Positions 36,930 through 47,897 of a stretch of 60,562 nucleotides of DNA are shown piece after piece (the first letter of the stretch is position 1; the number at the start of each line of letters is the position of its first letter). A program made the position numbers and the translations under genes. The notes under the pieces were generated by a model that was not told where the DNA came from, ran no database searches, and worked only from the letters and a program-made list of their open reading frames with translations. This DNA comes from a virus (lineage: Duplodnaviria > Caudoviricetes): the IMG/VR virus record IMGVR_UViG_3300032232_000510, positions 1 through 60,562 of that record. One strand, written 5' to 3'.

Positions 36930-39132
36930 ATGTCCAACCTACAAGCAATTCCCACCTACCGCTTAATTGATGAACTGACTAAGCGTCTCAAAACCGAAAA
37001 TTACATTGAAGATTGTGATGGAACCGAAGCCAATCAAATTCACGAACTGCAAGACTTGATTGCCAAAAAACTCGAAGAACGCACCCTTATCAGAGCAATT
37101 GAACGCTATCTCGAATTAAAGAAACTACCATAAGGAGCTAAAAATGAAAGTCGTAATTAACACTTGTTTCGGAGGCTTTTCCCTGTCCGAAGCCGCAATC
37201 CAGCGATTTTGTGAATTGGATGGTTGCAGCCCGACTGATTTCTGGTCGGGCATAGTAGAGCGCAATGACCCAAATTTAGTAAAAGTAGTACAAGAACTTG
37301 GTGTTGACGCAGAAACTTCCTGCTCAGAACTTAAGATTGTCGAAATCCCTGATGGGGTTAAGTGGCACATCCATGAGTACGATGGCGTAGAGCACGTTGC
37401 CGAAGACCACCGCACTTGGTATGGCGACGAGGTTAGCCCATGAACGAACACTACCTACCCATATGTACATGTTGCTACGCCGTACGGGTTGAGCCCCATC
37501 GTGCTAAGTCGTCCCGTCCGACCTGTATGGATTGTGGCGAGAAGATAGCTATACGACAAAAACATTGTATCGTTCCAATGCCCAAATCCAACTACATCGT
37601 AGTCACCGACCCGGCCCTGCTCAAAGGGCTTAATTCATCCCACAAAGGAAACATGACATGAGTAAGTACCGCAACCAAATGTATGAGCTTGCCGAGGAAG
37701 GGCTAGTGTCGTGGGAGTCCATTGCCAAGGCTTGCCTTGGGTATATGTCCGAGGCCGATGTGCAGGACATGGCCGAGTGTGAAGGATTTATCAAAGGAGA
37801 AGATGAATGACTACATGGAAAGACTTCAATCGCTTTCACGGGAGCGACAGCTTCTATGGGTGCGTTGCACCCGATGGAACGTGGTTTGACTCAGCGCTGT
37901 TGTTCACAACCGCTGTCCACTGGTGCTGCATGCAAGCAGGGATTTATAACCTTAGCACCGAACAAGAACTGCGCTGGATGGACGACAGCGACCTGACCCA
38001 CGGCTACTCAGTTATTCACAGCACCTTGCTGAAACAAATGTTCGAGAAAGGACTAATCAAATGAACACAGAGTACACCACCACGAAATCCCAAACCCTTG
38101 CCGACATCGGCATTGGCATCCTTGCCACAATCATCCTGTTCACCTGCTGGGAGCGCGAGGGCTGGCTGTTCCAAGCTGGCCTACTGTGGGCTGGGGTTAA
38201 TTTCGGCTACCTGATAACTGTGTACCTCAACCAAGGAGAAGACGAATGAACACCTACTGGAACTACCGCATCGTCAACGCCAAATCCGAAAACGGCGGCG
38301 AGGATTGGTACTGCCTGAAAGAAGTCGTGTACCAAGACGGTAAGCCTAGCGGCTACAACGACCCCTGCATTGGGTCTGAAGACATGGACTCTATGCGTGA
38401 CGTATGGCGCTTGATGAGCCTAGCAATGGAAGTGCCGCCGATGCAAGAATCAGATTTTATAGGAGAAAGCTAATGAGTAACTTTGTCAAAGAAGCTATTG
38501 CCCAATACTGGGGTGAGCCTTGCGATGGTTACGACGCAGGTTGCCATACCTGCCGAGCGTGGGCTGAGTACGACACCCTAGTTGCTGTAGAGGAAGAAAT
38601 ACGTGAACACTACATGCCCAAGATAAAGAACATATTCACGCGATTACATGGAGGGACTGATGACATGCGTGACGAAGGCCATAAGTTGTGGCTTATTTAT
38701 AACGACTTGGAGTCGCTTACTAAGGATAGGAGCAAACTATGAAGATAGTAATTAACATAACTAGAAACTATGGCGTGGACGTTGCGTACCCCGTATGCGA
38801 CAAAGCATTCCAGTTCGCAGCCATAGCTGGCACGACAACCCTGACCCCTCGCGTATTGGGATACATACGTAAGCTGGGCTATGAAGTGGAGGTAAAACCC
38901 AATGACTTGGGAAGATTCAGCCCTGCATAGCGAATTGATGGGTTCGCACAACGAGTATTGGGGATACGTCAGTACATACGCATTTGCCTTAGCTGGAAAG
39001 CAAAGCTACATAGCAAAGTTCCGTCACCCAAACGATGGGTGGATGGATGAAAAAGTAGGGGAGTTCCCAACCATAGAAGAAGCGAAGGGCGCGTTACTCG
39101 CCCGAGTTGCTCACTACATCCTGTCGCGCTAG
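36930..39132 (+). other. Cluster of ~10 small coupled early ORFs: 36930-37133, 37144-37443, 37440-37661, 37658-37810 (not in track), 37807-38064, 38061-38249, 38246-38473, 38473-38742, 38739-38930, 38902-39132
   Basis: ATGA/TAATG overlaps and GGAG RBSs; 37440-37661 has CxxC...CxxC; 38061-38249 is 2-TM. Confidence 0.75.
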
Positions 39133-39239
39133 TGACAGCACAACACATACATACACCATAGACTTGCTACCCCTACGATTTCGGTGCGCCGTAGGGGGCG
39201 GGCACATCAGCACTACATCAAACCAAATCAAGGAAACCC

Positions 39240-40295
39240 ATGAAATACAGCAACATCAAAACATCCATACTGGAGCAGTTCAAAGTCGAAGGCGGCAATG
39301 CCATAGTGCCATTCATACTGGGTGCGCCCGGTGGTGGCAAATCAGCACTCATTCGTGAGGTGGCGCAGACCATGTTCGCAGAGCGCGGACTGCCGATGAT
39401 TCAGTATGACGACAGCAACCCCGATACGTGGGAGACGGCAAACTACGTGGAGTTCAATGCATCGCTGCGTGACCCCGTGGACTTGCTTGGTACGCCTAAC
39501 AACACAGGCACAGCGACCCGTTGGAAAGCACCCGGCGAGTTCTATGCCCTGCGCCGTGGCACAGGCTTCAAGATTGTCAACTTTGAAGAGTTGTCAGATG
39601 CGTCAACGGCAATGCAGAACGGCATTTGCTCTGTAATCTATGACGACAGAGCAGGTAATACCTTGTTGACCAAAGAATTGTTCAAGATGGCGACTGGCAA
39701 TCGTACTGAGGACAAGTCAGGTGCTAACCGAATCACAGGTAAGCTAGCCAATCGGACTCGACTGTTTAACTTCCAAGAAAACTTGGAGGACTGGACTGAG
39801 TGGGCGCTGAACAACGGTATCGACGAGATTCTGATTCAGTTCCTGCGGTTCCGTCCGGGCCTTCTGTCTGACTACGAAGCCAATCGCTTTGCCAATCCAA
39901 CTCCAAGGTCTTGGGGGCGCGTCAGTTTGATTCCTGCGTCACTAGACAATGGACTGTACTTTGATAACTGCGCTGGTGAGGTGGGCGAGGGCCCAGCAGC
40001 AGAGTACACAGGCTTTCGTCGTATCTACCAAAAGATGCCCAACGTCGATGCTATCTTGCTTGACCCAATGGGCGCTGAAGTTCCTCAAGACCCTGCGACT
40101 TTGTATGCATTGACTGGTGCGTTAGCTCGCAAAGCGACCAAAGACAATTTTGATCGTGTCTCTAAGTACCTAGGTCGTATGAGCCCTGAGTTCAACATCA
40201 TGGCTACCAAGGATGCAATCAAGTTGCAACCAACCATCAAGCACACCCGTTCGTTCGTCGAGTGGGCCACTAAACACTCTGAAGTCTTAATGTAA
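39240..40295 (+). CDS. MoxR-like AAA+ ATPase
   Basis: GAPGGGKS Walker A, NFEELS Walker B, ATGNR, LANR, PTPRSW. Confidence 0.85.
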   Translation: MKYSNIKTSILEQFKVEGGNAIVPFILGAPGGGKSALIREVAQTMFAERGLPMIQYDDSNPDTWETANYVEFNASLRDPVDLLGTPNNTGTATRWKAPGEFYALRRGTGFKIVNFEELSDASTAMQNGICSVIYDDRAGNTLLTKELFKMATGNRTEDKSGANRITGKLANRTRLFNFQENLEDWTEWALNNGIDEILIQFLRFRPGLLSDYEANRFANPTPRSWGRVSLIPASLDNGLYFDNCAGEVGEGPAAEYTGFRRIYQKMPNVDAILLDPMGAEVPQDPATLYALTGALARKATKDNFDRVSKYLGRMSPEFNIMATKDAIKLQPTIKHTRSFVEWATKHSEVLM

Positions 40296-40304
40296 GGAAA
40301 TGAT

Positions 40305-41177
40305 ATGACACCAACCAAACTGTCCGACAAAGTGGTGCTGGTCAAACTGACTATGCGCCGTGCAACGCTGACCAAGCGGGATAACTTCCTGACCGACAAG
40401 ATACAAAGGCAAGAGCAAGACGCTAGCTTGACAGTCTCAACGAAGTTGTTCCGGGACAAGACCAACGCAATCAACACAGTTATGTCAGCAATGAATGATG
40501 TGTATATCTGCCACAAGGAGCGTACCCTGCCGTGGGTCGATGCTGGCCCTAGGCTGTTGCTCAACGACAAGTACTTTGATTACACGTTCGAGATGAAGAC
40601 GCTAATCGGTAAGGTTGACAAGCTTCTGAGCGAGCATATGCCACAGTATGACCAGTTGGTACTTGACGACATTCGGTATCGTAACGCTGGTAGTGCAGCA
40701 GGACGGGCACACACCAGTGACTATCCAACGGCAGATACGTTCAAGCAGTCTATGAGCGCGGAGTTTAGGTTTCAGCCCATGCCCGATGCTAGGCACTTTG
40801 TGTTTGACCTGAGTGAAGAGGACGAAGCAGCCTTTGCACAGGCCGAAGCCGACGCCTTGGCACTGGCTAACACCGACACCATCAATAGGATGCTCAAGCC
40901 CTTGGCTTCATTGGTTACCAAGTTAAAGGAATACCAAGGTGCTAAAGGTGAGCGCTTCCATACATCACTGGTGGAGAACGTAATCGAAGGATGCGACATG
41001 GCAATGAGTCTGGCAATCAGCCCAACGCCTGAGTTGATAGCGGAGATAACCGAGTTACGTGAGGTAGCTAAATCGTGCCTTACTAGCGTAGAAGTTATTA
41101 AGGGTTCGTCAATGGCGCGGGATTCTGCCAAGCGTAGGCTTGAGGATATCGCTGCCAAGATGTCAATGTTCCAATGA
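40305..41177 (+). CDS. DUF3150-like protein
   Basis: TLPW...GPRLL...DYPTAD pattern; follows the AAA gene. Confidence 0.55.
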   Translation: MTPTKLSDKVVLVKLTMRRATLTKRDNFLTDKIQRQEQDASLTVSTKLFRDKTNAINTVMSAMNDVYICHKERTLPWVDAGPRLLLNDKYFDYTFEMKTLIGKVDKLLSEHMPQYDQLVLDDIRYRNAGSAAGRAHTSDYPTADTFKQSMSAEFRFQPMPDARHFVFDLSEEDEAAFAQAEADALALANTDTINRMLKPLASLVTKLKEYQGAKGERFHTSLVENVIEGCDMAMSLAISPTPELIAEITELREVAKSCLTSVEVIKGSSMARDSAKRRLEDIAAKMSMFQ

Positions 41178-41401
41178 TAAGGAGGGATATGTTCACAGAC
41201 CTTGAGTACATACTGATGATGTGTTGCGCCGTGTTGCTATGGCGTAATGCCGTGCTTCACACACGTCAGTTCCAGTTGATGGCATTGTCAGACCGCTATG
41301 CAAACTTTCTTAAAGAAGTAGGTAGGGGCAATGGCTCTGTCGTCAGAAAAGATGGTGGTTTTATATTTAAAGCGAAAGGAAGTCAAAATGAGTTCGAGTG
41401 A
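41174..41401 (+). CDS. Small hypothetical protein (N-terminal hydrophobic)
   Basis: Coupled ORF; GGAGG upstream of an internal ATG. Confidence 0.5.
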   Translation: MIRRDMFTDLEYILMMCCAVLLWRNAVLHTRQFQLMALSDRYANFLKEVGRGNGSVVRKDGGFIFKAKGSQNEFE

Positions 41402-41942
41402 CACATTCGACCAAGTACGCATGATGAAGATGATGGGCGTAACAGCTACTGTCGTCATAAATCCTGCCAAGTTAGGTACACGGATACGTAATGCAGCAAT
41501 AGAAATGATTGAGAAGGGATACTTAATGAAAGGATATCGTTCCCAAGCACGACAAGTAGCCGATGCGATAGCCCAAAAGTTTCACATCAACATTGGCAGA
41601 AACTACCACAGCTTTGTATCAAGTGAATCTATACCGCGTGGGATGAGAGGGGCGTTTATTGAAATCATGACGGCAGATGCTGCGGCATATAGATTAACAG
41701 AGAGTGGAGTTAACTGGAGTAAGTCGTACTTAGCTAGAGCTTACGAAGAGGCAAAAGACAGTATTCAAAACAGCGGCAAAGTTAAATACAACTTTCGGTC
41801 TGATAAGTTTGCTAACCAAGCCCGTGAGTTTTTATCAACTTGCTTGACTAAAGAAGACAGAGCAAACATTCAAGCAGCACTCATAGCGCTGCGTGGAACC
41901 GAACCAATCAACATAACAGAGGTGTTTTATGGCAATAACTAA
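41388..41942 (+). CDS. Hypothetical protein
   Basis: ATG 41388 with AAGGAAG upstream. Confidence 0.6.
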   Translation: MSSSDTFDQVRMMKMMGVTATVVINPAKLGTRIRNAAIEMIEKGYLMKGYRSQARQVADAIAQKFHINIGRNYHSFVSSESIPRGMRGAFIEIMTADAAAYRLTESGVNWSKSYLARAYEEAKDSIQNSGKVKYNFRSDKFANQAREFLSTCLTKEDRANIQAALIALRGTEPINITEVFYGNN

Positions 41943-43032
41943 ACTGGACAAAGCTAAGGTATCACTGGTAACTCAGCATCCTTTCTTTGCGGCGATTCTG
42001 ATGAAGCGCAAAATTATCTTTGACCGCACAATCAAGACAGCAGCAGTTGACCAACGGGCTCAAATCTATGTCAACCCTGACTGGATTGAAGAGCGTACAG
42101 TTGATGAGATTGTGTTCGTTTTAGCCCACGAGGTTGGTCATGTAATCGGCCAGCACGCATCCCGACGCGGAACCCGACAAGCTAAGAAGTGGAACACGGC
42201 TGGCGATGCATGGATTAACGACATGCTCAAGGAAGCTGGTATCGGCGACTTCATCGAAGGATGTGTGGACATGCCCGGCTCCAAGGACAGGACAGTCGAT
42301 GATATTTACAACGGCTTGCCTGACAACCCTGATGGCGGCGACGGAGGTATTGGCGACGACTTGATTGAACGTGGTGAACCAATGACTGGCGAAGAAGAAA
42401 CGCAGCTTGACGCTGACATCCGAGTCGAGATAGCCCAAGCAGCCCAAGCAGCTAAAGCCCAAGGTAACGGTCTGGGTGGTCTGGAGAAAATCATTGCTGA
42501 CCTGATTGACCCGGGTACTCCTTGGTTTGACATTCTTGAGCGTTACATGGTGTCCAAGGTTGCATCCGAGACAACATGGGCTCGGCCTAACCGCCGATTC
42601 GCAGACATTGCGTATCTCCCATCAGTAGGCAGCGTACCGCAAATGGGTGTGTTGTGCTTACAGGTAGATGTGTCAGGCTCTATCCAAAAGAAAGAACTGG
42701 ACTACTACAACGGACACTTCAGCCGCATCGTCGAACTGTGCAACCCCCAAGAAGTCCACGTCCTATATACGGATACATCAGTGTGCAAGCATGAGATATT
42801 TGCGCAGGGTGAACCCGTCAGCCTACAGTTCTACTCAGGCGGTGGCACGGACATGGAAGAAGGCTTTGCGTACTTGGCCCGTGAAGGCATCGAACCCGAG
42901 GTGTTTGTCTGCTTAACTGACGGTTACACCGACTTCAACCAAGAAAATGCTCCGGGTTTTCCCGTAGTTTGGTGCATAAGTAGTGACATTGTGGCTCCTT
43001 ACGGCGAGAATATCCATTTTTCAATGGAGTAA
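41929..43032 (+). CDS. Metallopeptidase-vWA protein (DUF2201-like)
   Basis: LAHEVGH zincin motif, WARPNRR, VDVSGS MIDAS, GGGTD, LTDGY. Confidence 0.88.
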   Translation: MAITKLDKAKVSLVTQHPFFAAILMKRKIIFDRTIKTAAVDQRAQIYVNPDWIEERTVDEIVFVLAHEVGHVIGQHASRRGTRQAKKWNTAGDAWINDMLKEAGIGDFIEGCVDMPGSKDRTVDDIYNGLPDNPDGGDGGIGDDLIERGEPMTGEEETQLDADIRVEIAQAAQAAKAQGNGLGGLEKIIADLIDPGTPWFDILERYMVSKVASETTWARPNRRFADIAYLPSVGSVPQMGVLCLQVDVSGSIQKKELDYYNGHFSRIVELCNPQEVHVLYTDTSVCKHEIFAQGEPVSLQFYSGGGTDMEEGFAYLAREGIEPEVFVCLTDGYTDFNQENAPGFPVVWCISSDIVAPYGENIHFSME

Positions 43033-43034
43033 CT

Positions 43035-43217
43035 ATGGCTACAGCAAAAATCGCCGATGACTTTGACCAACTAGTCACGGCACATCACAGTGTGTATCAG
43101 CAATGCTATGACGTACTAGCACCCGAAAAGACTCAACCCGAGCGCGATGTAGTACGTTCAGCACTTAAAGACTATCTTGATTTAGGAAAGGAAAACCCCG
43201 AAGACACGACTGAGTAA
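43035..43217 (+). CDS. Small hypothetical protein
   Basis: GGAG RBS, 60 aa. Confidence 0.55.
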   Translation: MATAKIADDFDQLVTAHHSVYQQCYDVLAPEKTQPERDVVRSALKDYLDLGKENPEDTTE

Positions 43218-43243
43218 GTAGCGGCCCCAATGGGGCCAAGTAT

Positions 43244-43286
43244 GGGCTGTTTGATGCGGAAGTGACACCCGCAGAGGCCCTTTTTT
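43244..43286 (+). terminator. Long interrupted hairpin plus U-tract
   Basis: GGGC...TGCGG-loop-CCGCA...GCCC TTTTTT, preceded by GGCCCC-AAT-GGGGCC. Confidence 0.45.
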
Positions 43287-43312
43287 ATCCATCAAATCAT
43301 AGGAGAATTTTA

Positions 43313-43987
43313 ATGGCTACAGTCATTATTACGAAAGACTTGCGCGAGCGCGTTGCTGCAAAAATTAACGCCATGCGTAATGCGGAACTTAAAGCAGATT
43401 GCCCCCAACATGGCACTACGTTAAACATTGACATAAGCGAAATGTTCAACAAACTTGCATGGGAAGGCCAAGAGCATTTGATAAATGTAATCCCGAACAA
43501 GTGGCTCAAGAAAACCAATGACGCTTTTTTAACTTTATGCGTGACAGTTGATGATGGTGGGGCAGTATCCCATCGCATAACCGTAAATGGTTTATCTAAT
43601 GCATGGTGCAAGCCCAACCCCGAGTACTACGGCAGTAACGATAGGATCAGCCTTAGTGAAACCACACTGCTTGAGTTTGCAGATGAAACGCCGGGTAAAG
43701 CAGAACTACTTGAGCGTATGCAGTTAGTTAAGCAAGTGCATGAAATTGATAAACGCTGGCAAAAAGTTGCGGCTGATGTTGATTCGTTCTTGAAGAAATG
43801 CAAGTCGCTTAACGAAGGTGTAAAACTGTTCCCTAACATCCGTGCATACATTGGCGCTAAAGACCTTGAGCGTCTTGATGTCAAACCACCACCCAAAGCA
43901 GAACGTCAAGACATTGTTGCTGGCCTTGATACTGAAGCGCTGACTGCATCAGCTATGGCGTTCAAACTTATGGGACAAAAAATCTAA
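43313..43987 (+). CDS. Hypothetical, Nmad5-like protein
   Basis: ATG 43313 with AGGAG; ITKDLRERV...FLKKCKSLNEGVKLFP resembles Nmad5 termini. Confidence 0.5.
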   Translation: MATVIITKDLRERVAAKINAMRNAELKADCPQHGTTLNIDISEMFNKLAWEGQEHLINVIPNKWLKKTNDAFLTLCVTVDDGGAVSHRITVNGLSNAWCKPNPEYYGSNDRISLSETTLLEFADETPGKAELLERMQLVKQVHEIDKRWQKVAADVDSFLKKCKSLNEGVKLFPNIRAYIGAKDLERLDVKPPPKAERQDIVAGLDTEALTASAMAFKLMGQKI

Positions 43988-44013
43988 TCACCACTCATCA
44001 ATGGAGAAATGAC

Positions 44014-44484
44014 ATGCCTGATTTAAAAACGGAACTTAAAAAACTTGAGAACCTTTCGTTCGATGACTCTGACCAAGCCGTTGAAGACTCTGACCAACCT
44101 AAAATAACTACCAGTCAAGCGACGTTTGATTACATCCGAGACAACCCCGGGCTTACACGAGCAGCAATTGGACACAACGTAGAAAAGCTAGGCCACCTTT
44201 ATACGTCGGCTATATCGCTTGTTTCGCAGTTGCTTAACGACCAGCAGATTGAACAGCGTGGAGATAAATACTACGCTATTGGAACTAACTATAAGCCTTT
44301 GCCCGGCGGTAAACGGCTAAAGAAAAAGAAAGCTACTACAAGACGATTGGCAACACGAGCCGCCAATGCAGCAGCAAAACCAGTTGAGGTTAAGACTGGG
44401 TTTAACGCTAACAGTATCATCAAAGACTTGACTATTTATCAGGCCAAGGAACTGCGTGATGCGCTCAACAACTTATTCAAGTAA
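44014..44484 (+). CDS. Hypothetical, possible winged-HTH DNA-binding protein
   Basis: FDYIRDNPGLTRAAI...LVSQLL...IEQRGDKYY followed by a basic tail. Confidence 0.55.
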   Translation: MPDLKTELKKLENLSFDDSDQAVEDSDQPKITTSQATFDYIRDNPGLTRAAIGHNVEKLGHLYTSAISLVSQLLNDQQIEQRGDKYYAIGTNYKPLPGGKRLKKKKATTRRLATRAANAAAKPVEVKTGFNANSIIKDLTIYQAKELRDALNNLFK

Positions 44485-44493
44485 GGAGACACC

Positions 44494-46427
44494 ATGATGC
44501 GCCGTATAGGACTACGTGAACTACTTAAAGAACCATTTCGCAAACCAAGCCCATTAGAAATGATTGCCGCAGAGTTGGCAGAAGCCCACATGGAGAAGCT
44601 TGGCGCTGAAACAGCAGTGGAGTACGCACAATCAATCGTGGACTACAACGTAACTCGAATCACGCGACTTAACTCACGTATGGATGAATACCGCAATGAT
44701 GTTGACGCCACAAAAGTAGGAGGTACAAAATGAACGAAGCAGACAAAGCCTACATAAAGCGCAAGACGCAGAAGGACTGGGAGTACGACGAGCCAGAGTC
44801 CAGCGACTACGCCATGTTCGTGAGGCAGATTCAGGGCTTGATCGTGTGGGTGATCTTTGTAGTGGGTGCGTCCATACTTGTTGCGGCGGTGTTCAAATGA
44901 CTGAAACACAATATTTGACAATACTAGGGACTATTTGGGTTGCCCCGTATGTAAACAAATGGTATGCACTAGTCACAGGCGTTGTTTTGCTGATTATTTC
45001 TTTGTGCAAATCAGTGGGGTGGCTATGAACATTTATACATTAGCTTCTAAAACAGGACTTAGGACATACCAAGAGCAAGCACCCGGAATTGATGGTGTAG
45101 TTGGTAATTGGGAGGACTTGGAAAAGTTTGCCAAGCTGGTAGCAGCGCATGAGCGTGAGGAGTGTGCCAAGATTGCGGAAATCGCAGAGCCGTATCAAGC
45201 GGCTGATTTAATCAGAGCAAGGGGACAAGCATGAACATCTACATCGCCGTCCTTTATATGTGTCTGGGAGATACTTGCAATTTTATGCAGGGCAATACTT
45301 ATCACAAATCAGAAAAAGATTGCAGGGCATCAATTGACGAACAGAAAGCACACTTAACACAAATTGCACAGGACGCTAACCAGAGCAAGATGACCACGCT
45401 GGAAGGCACTTGCGTATCTGTATCAGTAAAACCACCAAGAAAAACAATATGACAGGATATCAATCTAAAAAAGCAGCAGCTATGGACAAGCTAGCTGATG
45501 ACGACATTCAGGTGTACAAAAAGCCTTGGGTAGACTTAACCAAAGAAGAGAAACAAGAATGCGTAAATCAAAGTATTTATCACACTGCTTGGTCAAGTGA
45601 CGTTGACTTGGACACCTTGATTAACTTAATACAACAGAAACTAAAGGATAAAAATGAACATCATTGAATTAGCAAAGCAAGCGTATCTTTATTCCCCGAG
45701 CGTGGCGTGGACAATTGAAAAATCAGACACCTTTGTTGCTACGCACGACGGAGTACACGCCTTTGCCGCATTAGTAGCAGCACATGAGCGTGAGGCGTGC
45801 GCAAAGATTGCGGATGTTGCCGAGCCATACAAATGTGCTGATTTAATCAGAGCAAGGAGCAACACATGAGCGAAATGAAACCAACAACCAAACTGCGTTT
45901 TGTTGATCGCGTTGACTATGTGCAACGATGGGGCGACACAGATATGGAGCACACAGCCCCCGTCCTTCAGCAATGGTGGGAAACAAATAACACCATAAAT
46001 CTTGGTTTTGGCGGGGAACTGCCAATAGGCGAAACAAAAGGCGAATGGCGCGATGTGCCAATTGAAAAGGAGCAATCATGACAGGCAAGTTGGTTGATGA
46101 TCGGCGGGCTTACTACGAAAAGTTTGACGACTTGTATGCTGTTTATCTCAACGGTGTTTACGATGGCAAGAAAGCAGCACAGTCAGAGCAGGAGCGTAAT
46201 TTTTGCCCTCGCTGCGGTAAGCGCACAGCAGACCTTACCGTTATCCACACTTGTACACCACCACAAGGGGAGAAAACATGAAGCAAGTCAAACTTTTTGT
46301 TGGCGTTGATGACTACGAAGTTGGTTTGGTGTTTACATGGAATGAATCTGAAAGTGCATGGGTCTGCAAGATGGATGATGACTTTATGCAAGAGCTTGGC
46401 GCATTGCCATTTGATGAGGAGAAATAA
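44494..46427 (+). other. Cluster of small coupled ORFs: 44494-44733, 44730-44900, 44897-45028, 45025-45234, 45231-45452, 45449-45667, 45654-45869, 45866-46081, 46078-46281, 46278-46427
   Basis: Near-continuous ATGA overlaps; two ORFs share a C-terminal module; 46078-46281 has a CPRC...HTC motif. Confidence 0.7.
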
Positions 46428-46428
46428 A

Positions 46429-46662
46429 ATGGATGAAAAATATCAAGTAGGCGGAACACATTACACAGACATGCCAGTCCAACCGTGGGCTGTTATGCAA
46501 GCAACGCTTACGCCTGAAGAATTTCGTGGCTTTTTGAAAGGAAACATTATTAAGTACGCAATGCGGCAAGGAAGAAAGCAAGACAGCGATGACGCAAACA
46601 AGTGTTTGCATTACGTAACTAAACTAGAAGAGGTTAACAATGAAGATCGAAACAGTTGGTGA
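46429..46662 (+). CDS. DUF3310 (SaV/T7 gp1.7-like) protein
   Basis: QVGGTHY...GFLKGNIIKYAMRQGRK...DANKCLHY; AGGAG RBS. Confidence 0.8.
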   Translation: MDEKYQVGGTHYTDMPVQPWAVMQATLTPEEFRGFLKGNIIKYAMRQGRKQDSDDANKCLHYVTKLEEVNNEDRNSW

Positions 46663-47897
46663 TTACGCATACCCATGCATGATGGCGGAAAATTCGCTTA
46701 AGGAAGTACACCAGCTTATGCTGGCAAACAAATACGATGATGCCTTGTTAGGGTCAGCCATAACAGTAACTTACATCGCTGACATGATGGCCGCAATCAA
46801 AGAAATGAAAGCACGAGACTATGCCATTCGTACCACTAAATAACAATTCCACACACCGCAAAGACTTAAACGAAACGCTACCTTGGGAGCCGAGACATAG
46901 ACTGCCAAACGAAGCGCCATCGTCGTCAATCAACATCTATAAATTGCCTGTGTACAAGCCCGAACCGCCGCAATCTGTACGGCGTGGCGCAGACGACCAT
47001 AAACAATACGGAAGTAAAGGATAAGCATGAGCAGACCAAGACATCCTGAAATTAGAAAGTTGCTACATCAGTACCACGATGGGCTTACCGCAATGGAATT
47101 ATCTGAACGACTGCAACTACTGCATGACTCAACGTACAACGCCTTGCGTAATATGCCCGATACCTACATTGATAGATGGACAGAAGCAAAACAAGGCCAG
47201 CCTTCACAAGCTGTATGGTGCGCCGTTGTCCCACCCGAAGACTGCCCAAAACCAACACCAAAGGTAAAAAATGACCGAACACGAAACAAACCTGAGAGAC
47301 CTAGCGGCGATGTTCGCACTAACTGGGCTTTTGGCTCGTAACGACAAAGGAATAGCTATTGTCCCTATTGCGTTTGACATAGCCAATGAATTTATGAACG
47401 AACGAAAGGAACACAATGAACGCGATCAAAGACCTACCTAACTTTGCCGCATGGGAAACCAAAAATCTTGCTGACTTTTGTACCGATGCGTACATACGAA
47501 TGCAAGAGCAGCAAGAAGCTATAGAACAATTGCGTTTGGATGTGCGTGATGCTATGGTGCAAGTCAGAAGACTTACCGTAACCATATCCAACTACTTAGA
47601 GGAACCACTATGACTATAGATACAACTACACCTGCCATGTGGGCTATTAGCAACAGCACGACAGGCTCAAGTATGACGACAGGAACTCATTTAGGCGCAT
47701 CCGTATCGACCAGAAAATCTAGAAACTCTGTAGTGTTTAAAGGCACGATTGAAATCATGCAAGTCGCCAATGGCTTTGTGATGAACGTAGCTACCAAAGA
47801 AGGCTATGAGTACGACACCTATGTCGCGTCCACCATACAAGAAGTAAACGAACGCTTGGCAGCAACCATTGTCAGCTTCAGACTGGAACAACCATGA
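46640..47897 (+). other. Small ORF cluster: 46640-46843, 46821-47024, 47027-47341 (HTH-like), 47271-47441, 47416-47613, 47610-47897
   Basis: Overlapping starts and stops; 47027 has DGLTAMELSERLQL. Confidence 0.65.
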
